Shown here: positions 27,903 through 32,000 of the stretch, piece by piece
Position numbering within the stretch: position 1 is the stretch's first letter
Layout of the letters: every line of letters begins with the position of its first letter
DNA from: Candidatus Electrothrix yaqonensis
Lineage (GTDB): Bacteria > Desulfobacterota > Desulfobulbia > Desulfobulbales > Desulfobulbaceae
Assembly: GCA_047651235.1 (NCBI GenBank)
Contig: CP178758.1
Span: 1,980,001-2,012,000 of the forward strand
Direction: 5' to 3'
Length of the DNA: 32,000 nt
Notes under the pieces: generated by a model
What the model was told of the DNA's origin: nothing
Databases searched by the model: none
The model's input: only the letters and a program-made list of their open reading frames with translations
Made by a program: the position numbers and the translations under genes

Positions 27903-29918
27903 TTAGATCCACGGCTCGGTTTCAACGATGTTGATGCAGTCAACTTTCTCGCACTTCCACTCCTGGGTCTTCGGATCAAAAGTGGAGTTAACGAAAGCCT
28001 TCCAGTTCTCGTCGTCACAGGTCGGGAAGTCAGACCGATAGTAGAAGCCCGGATAACGGGATTCTTTCCGGAACTCGATGTGACGGATGTGGGTCTCCAC
28101 ACACCAGATGCGGTGGTAGTTCTCCCAAGCACGCATCAGCTCATGCAGGTCACCGGCAGCCATCTTCTCGGCATCTTCACGCAGCATGCGGAGCAGATCC
28201 AGACAGATATTCAGCATCTTGCCGGAGGTCATGTAGTAGGTGGCAACACCGCCGCCGTACTCATCGGTGGCCTTCATCAGGCGCATCATCAGACCGTGCG
28301 GCTTGCAGTAGTTGGGATTGACATCCTGATGGGTGGTTTCGCCGACGTTCTCCAGATAATGTCTTACCGGAGCATAGATCTCATCAGCCAGTTCCTGCGC
28401 GGTCTGGGTCAATTCAGGTTTGAAGTCAGCGTTGTCACGGCAGTACTTGACCAGCTGCTTACCCACGATACGACCCTCGGTGTGGGAACCGGAAGAAAAC
28501 TTATGACCGGAAGCACCTACACCGTCACCGGCGGTGAACAGACCGTCAACCGTGGTCATACGGTTGTAGCCCCACTTGTACTGATGGGAACGCGGACCAT
28601 CAACGCTCGGTACCCAATCTTCATCCGGACCGGAAGTCCAGATACCGCAGCAGCCGGAATGGGATCCCAGCATGTACGGTTCGGTCGGCATAATCTCGGA
28701 ACCGACTTTCTCCGGCTCGATGTTCATACCTGCCCACAGACCGGCCTGACCAACAGACATATCCAGAAAGTCTTCCCACGCCTCGGACTCAAGGTGCTTC
28801 CAGAACTTCTTCACTTCCTTGTCGTTCTTTCCGGCAGCCTTCTGATCATCCAGGAAAGCGTTCAGCGCTACGTCAGTAGCCATGTAGATCGGGCCGCGGC
28901 CTTCCTTCAGCTCATTGAGCATCAGGTGGTTCCGTAGACAGGTCGGGGTAACAGCAGACTGACCGTACGGCATGAACTTGGACAGCTCATCTTGTACAGA
29001 GTCGCTGTTGGCATAGAACTCACCGTTACCATTCTGTACTTTGGCCTTGAACAGCAGGAACCAGGCACCAACCGGGCCGTAACCGTCTTTGAAACGGGCC
29101 GGGGTGAAACGGTTCTCCATCATGGTCAGAGTAGCGCCGACCTGAGCACACATGGTGTAGGTGGAACCTGCATTCCATACCGGATACCATGCCCGGCCTT
29201 TCCCCTCACCGGTGGAACGCGGACGGAAGATATTGACTGCACCACCGCAGGCAACCAGAGCTGCTTTGCATTTGAAAACATGAACTTTATTTTCACGGGT
29301 GGAGAAACCTACCGCACCGGCGATGTGATTATCCTTATTCTTGTCCAGCAGCATCTTGACGATGAACACACGCTCCATGATGTTCTCTTCGCCCAGTGCC
29401 TTTTTGGCTGCCTCAGCAACGATGCACTTGTAGGACTCACCGTTGATCATGATCTGCCATTTACCGGTACGTACCGGCTGACCGCCTTCACGCAGGGTCG
29501 GAGCAGGCTTGGCACCGTCCAGATTGCTGCCGTCGTCAGCCTTCTTCCAGATAGGCAGACCCCACTCCTCAAACAGTTTGACAGACTCGTCAACGTGACG
29601 GCCGAGGTCGTAGATTAGATCCTCGCGGACAACACCCATCAGATCGTTACGGACCATCTTGACGTAGTTTTCGATCTCGTTCTCACCGATATAGGTGTTG
29701 ATCGCGGACAGGCCCTGGGCAACCGCACCGGAGCGCTCCATTGCCGCCTTATCAACCAACTGAATTTTCAGGTCGGCAGGTGCCCATTTCTTGATCTCGA
29801 AAGCTGCACCGCAAGCTCCCATACCACCACCGACGATCAGTACGTCGGTTTCATGCTCTACGATCTCCGGGTTGGCAATAGCAGGCAACTCACCTTTCGG
29901 CTTATTTGGTAACGCCAT
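27903..29918 (-). CDS. aprA: Adenylylsulfate (APS) reductase alpha subunit
   Basis: 671-aa ORF with N-terminal FAD binding (DVLIVGGGMGACGAA) and a fumarate-reductase-family fold. It follows aprB and precedes qmoABC. Confidence 0.95.
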   Translation of the reverse strand: MALPNKPKGELPAIANPEIVEHETDVLIVGGGMGACGAAFEIKKWAPADLKIQLVDKAAMERSGAVAQGLSAINTYIGENEIENYVKMVRNDLMGVVREDLIYDLGRHVDESVKLFEEWGLPIWKKADDGSNLDGAKPAPTLREGGQPVRTGKWQIMINGESYKCIVAEAAKKALGEENIMERVFIVKMLLDKNKDNHIAGAVGFSTRENKVHVFKCKAALVACGGAVNIFRPRSTGEGKGRAWYPVWNAGSTYTMCAQVGATLTMMENRFTPARFKDGYGPVGAWFLLFKAKVQNGNGEFYANSDSVQDELSKFMPYGQSAVTPTCLRNHLMLNELKEGRGPIYMATDVALNAFLDDQKAAGKNDKEVKKFWKHLESEAWEDFLDMSVGQAGLWAGMNIEPEKVGSEIMPTEPYMLGSHSGCCGIWTSGPDEDWVPSVDGPRSHQYKWGYNRMTTVDGLFTAGDGVGASGHKFSSGSHTEGRIVGKQLVKYCRDNADFKPELTQTAQELADEIYAPVRHYLENVGETTHQDVNPNYCKPHGLMMRLMKATDEYGGGVATYYMTSGKMLNICLDLLRMLREDAEKMAAGDLHELMRAWENYHRIWCVETHIRHIEFRKESRYPGFYYRSDFPTCDDENWKAFVNSTFDPKTQEWKCEKVDCINIVETEPWI

Positions 29919-29963
29919 ATCAATAATCTCCTTTATCTGGTTAAATTCAGTTAGAACGTCTTA

Positions 29964-30389
29964 CTAAGCAAGCATGGTGGGTTTCTTCAGCTCGGTCTCC
30001 AGCGTCAGACACTCGTCGTCCAGATCGGCACCTTTGGTGTCTTCATAGGCATTGGCAGCACCCTCAGCGGTTGTCCGGATGGGGAATTTGAAGCGCTTGA
30101 TGTTGCCGTTACGGAACTTGATTGTCCACATGATGGAATCGGAAGAACGCATCGGGTGTACCTGACCGCCCATGGGTACAAAGTCATCATAACCGCGGAC
30201 AGCGATAGCGCCCTGGGGACAGATCTTGACGCAGGAGTAGCACTCCCAGCATGCATCAGGCTCCTGATTGTATGCCTTCATCTGCTCGGTATTCAGTACC
30301 ATCAGATCGTTGGGGCAGATGTACATACATGCGGTCTTGTCACCACCTTTGCAACCGTCACATTTTTCCGGATTCACGTAACTTGGCAT
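29964..30389 (-). CDS. aprB: Adenylylsulfate (APS) reductase beta subunit (2x[4Fe-4S])
   Basis: 141-aa ORF with the characteristic AprB sequence MPSYVNPEKCDGCKGGDKTACMYICPNDLM...CWECYSCVKICPQGAI...MWTIKFRNG. GAGGAGG lies 7 nt upstream of the ATG. Confidence 0.95.
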   Translation of the reverse strand: MPSYVNPEKCDGCKGGDKTACMYICPNDLMVLNTEQMKAYNQEPDACWECYSCVKICPQGAIAVRGYDDFVPMGGQVHPMRSSDSIMWTIKFRNGNIKRFKFPIRTTAEGAANAYEDTKGADLDDECLTLETELKKPTMLA

Positions 30390-30586
30390 TTTACTACCTC
30401 CTCATAGGATTTTCTTTATGACAGCGCACTCCGCCGCCACAGTAAGACAAACTTAAATTAATTTTAAAAAGGACCGAACCGGACAGCCTGTACTGTGCCG
30501 CCGCAACCTCCGGCAGCAGCTATCTTTCTATTTCGCCCTTAAAATTCATCTGTCAGAACAGACCTGCTTTCTGCAGGGTGAGTCAC

Positions 30587-30615
30587 TTAATAATTTGTTG
30601 TTCAGTGAATGTCAA
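30587..30615 (-). promoter_or_regulatory. Candidate sigma70-type promoter of aprBA
   Basis: The minus strand reads TTGACA (30615-30610), a 17-nt spacer, then TATTAA (30592-30587). The spacer contains the palindrome TTCAnTGAA (30601-30609). The predicted leader is about 190 nt. Found by eye only. Confidence 0.4.
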
Positions 30616-30829
30616 GAAAAAATCGTCCGCACAGGGAACAACTCCCTGTTTCCGCTCCACATCAAAAAAACTCATGGAATCTATCACAAATTAACGGAGT
30701 ACCCGCATATTCCAGAAAAACCAGCTGGTCACAACCCCCAACAGTTTGAAATAAGAGGGTTCTCTGTTTCTTTTCTTCATCTTTCTTCACGCTTGCTCCG
30801 TGCCTCGGATTACTCTTCTCAGATCGCCC

Positions 30830-31657
30830 TCATATCACCCCCTCCGGCATGGCAGGAACCGGTTTACCGCCCAGAACAAAGCCGCCGTCCAGGCGCAAAA
30901 CAGAGCCGGTCATGAACTCTGCATCCCGGACCAAAAATAGCACCGCATCCGCCACCTCCTCCGGTCTGCCTGTCCGTCCGAGCAGCGTATGTTCCATCAG
31001 CTGCTTCTGCTCTGCCGGAGTGAGCAGGCCCCACCCCCGCGTGCCCGGACCGTGGCGAAGATCAATCAGGCCCAGCATGAGTTCATTCACCCTGATAGTC
31101 GGCGCCCCGATTCTTGCCCAGGTTTCAGTCAGGGAACGGACGCCCCGGTTGGCCGCAGCATAGCCGTCATTGAACAGCAGCCCTGCCGGGCCGGAGCGCC
31201 CGGTGAGCGCAGCCATCGAGGAGATATTGACCACGGCCGCCTGTTCCGCCCGGCGCAGTAGCGGAAGGCAGTGCTCGAAGACCAGCCATTTGGCATGCAG
31301 GGTGGTCTCCATTTCCAGCTGCCACTGATCCCGGTTGACCGGCCGATGGTAGCTGCCGTGCACTACGGGCATTCCGCCCCGTTCTATATTATTAATCAGG
31401 ATATGCAGTGTGCCGAATGCTTCCTCCAGCTCCCGCACCATCGCCTGCACACTGTCAGGATTGCGCAGATCGACCTGGGGCATAACATGCCCCATATTTG
31501 TGGCAGCGAATTCTGCTTCCATTTCCCGGCAGGATTCCGGCCAGTCAAACCAGGGCAGGCATAAGCGCACACCGTGGGCGGCAAGTCGGCGGGCAATGGC
31601 CCGTCCTACTCCTCGGCTGGCCCCGAGTACGACAGCGTTTTTTCCGGCAAGCTGCAT
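30830..31657 (-). CDS. Short-chain dehydrogenase/reductase family protein with an atypical active site
   Basis: It has the Rossmann motif GASRGVG near the N-terminus, NNIE in place of NNAG, NISS, and YAAAN where YxxxK is expected. The C-terminal GSVLRLDGG is typical of SDRs. I set the start at ATG 31657 (GGAGAGGGAG upstream), giving 275 aa. The track's 296-aa version adds a low-complexity extension. Confidence 0.8.
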   Translation of the reverse strand: MQLAGKNAVVLGASRGVGRAIARRLAAHGVRLCLPWFDWPESCREMEAEFAATNMGHVMPQVDLRNPDSVQAMVRELEEAFGTLHILINNIERGGMPVVHGSYHRPVNRDQWQLEMETTLHAKWLVFEHCLPLLRRAEQAAVVNISSMAALTGRSGPAGLLFNDGYAAANRGVRSLTETWARIGAPTIRVNELMLGLIDLRHGPGTRGWGLLTPAEQKQLMEHTLLGRTGRPEEVADAVLFLVRDAEFMTGSVLRLDGGFVLGGKPVPAMPEGVI

Positions 31658-31905
31658 CTGTTCTCCCTCTCCTGTTGCATCGTTCCTTCCGCCACCGGAA
31701 GCATCAGAGCAGAAATGCAAAATTATACATAGCTAAGTCTGAAAGAATTTTTTAGTATGCTCCATCAGTAACAGTCCGTCAAGTACATCAGCGGACTGAT
31801 CAACGGATCGAAACACTGCGGTCTTAGGTAAAAGAAACATACTGAACCGCAGCAGATTCAGCCTGAACTCACCCAAGCAAAACCAAGCAAAAGGAGATTA
31901 GTCCC

Positions 31906-32000
31906 ATGAAACTGTCTATCACAACCCTGATCGGATGCTGCGCAATCCTTGCACTGGCCGGATGCCACAAACCGACGCCGTCCGACCCTTCTGATCCTTC
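31906..32000 (+). CDS. Putative lipoprotein (N-terminal 31 codons; continues beyond right edge)
   Basis: The ATG has AAGGAG 9 nt upstream. The product MKLSITTLIGCCAILALAGCHKPTPSDPSDP has a signal peptide with the lipobox L-A-G-C. It is the only plus-strand gene in the window. Confidence 0.5.
   Translation, partial: MKLSITTLIGCCAILALAGCHKPTPSDPSDP

Noticed and set aside
30617-30649. 7-bp hairpin (ACAGGGA-GUUGU-UCCCUGU) followed, after 8 nt, by U6, directly upstream of the aprB -35. It could be the terminator of the SDR gene.
   Set aside because: The stem is short and the 8-nt gap between stem and U-run is non-canonical. I noted it as a possible insulator but it is not strong enough to call as a feature.
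30595-30915. 106-aa plus-strand ORF in the SDR-aprB intergenic region.
   Set aside because: It has no SD. It runs antisense across the candidate aprB promoter and into the SDR gene's 3' end. The sequence is unremarkable and low in complexity, so it is most likely spurious.

Overview
This is a core housekeeping region of a sulfate-reducer-type bacterium. The proteins look Desulfobacterota (deltaproteobacterial); anything finer is a guess. Everything is on the minus strand except a truncated lipoprotein ORF at the right edge. In transcription order (right to left): atypical SDR oxidoreductase, aprB-aprA (APS reductase), qmoA-qmoB-qmoC, tRNA-Thr(UGU)-Tyr-Gly-Thr(GGU)-tufB, rpmG, tRNA-Trp, secE-nusG, rplK-rplA, rplJ-rplL, rpoB-rpoC, rpsL-rpsG-fusA-tufA, then rpsJ-rplC-rplD-rplW-rplB-rpsS-rplV-rpsC and the first 3 codons of rplP. 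I corrected several ORF-track starts from Shine-Dalgarno placement: tufA, rplJ (TTG), qmoC and the SDR. I added features too short for the track: rpmG, five tRNAs and a partial lipoprotein. I found no CRISPR array, mobile element, defence or toxin-like gene, or unexplained coding space. All other long ORFs are antisense shadows of conserved genes. I therefore do not see an undescribed system here and score findings modestly. Points worth a second look: (1) two tuf genes identical over exactly the CDS; (2) aprBA-qmoABC directly abutting and co-oriented with the translation/transcription supercluster, without sat; (3) a near-consensus promoter plus a long structured leader upstream of aprB, and a hairpin, terminator and promoter arrangement between aprA and qmoA; (4) candidate autoregulatory leaders and attenuators in the r-protein and rpoBC operons; (5) an SDR lacking the canonical catalytic Lys. 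All promoter and hairpin calls were made by eye and are hypotheses.
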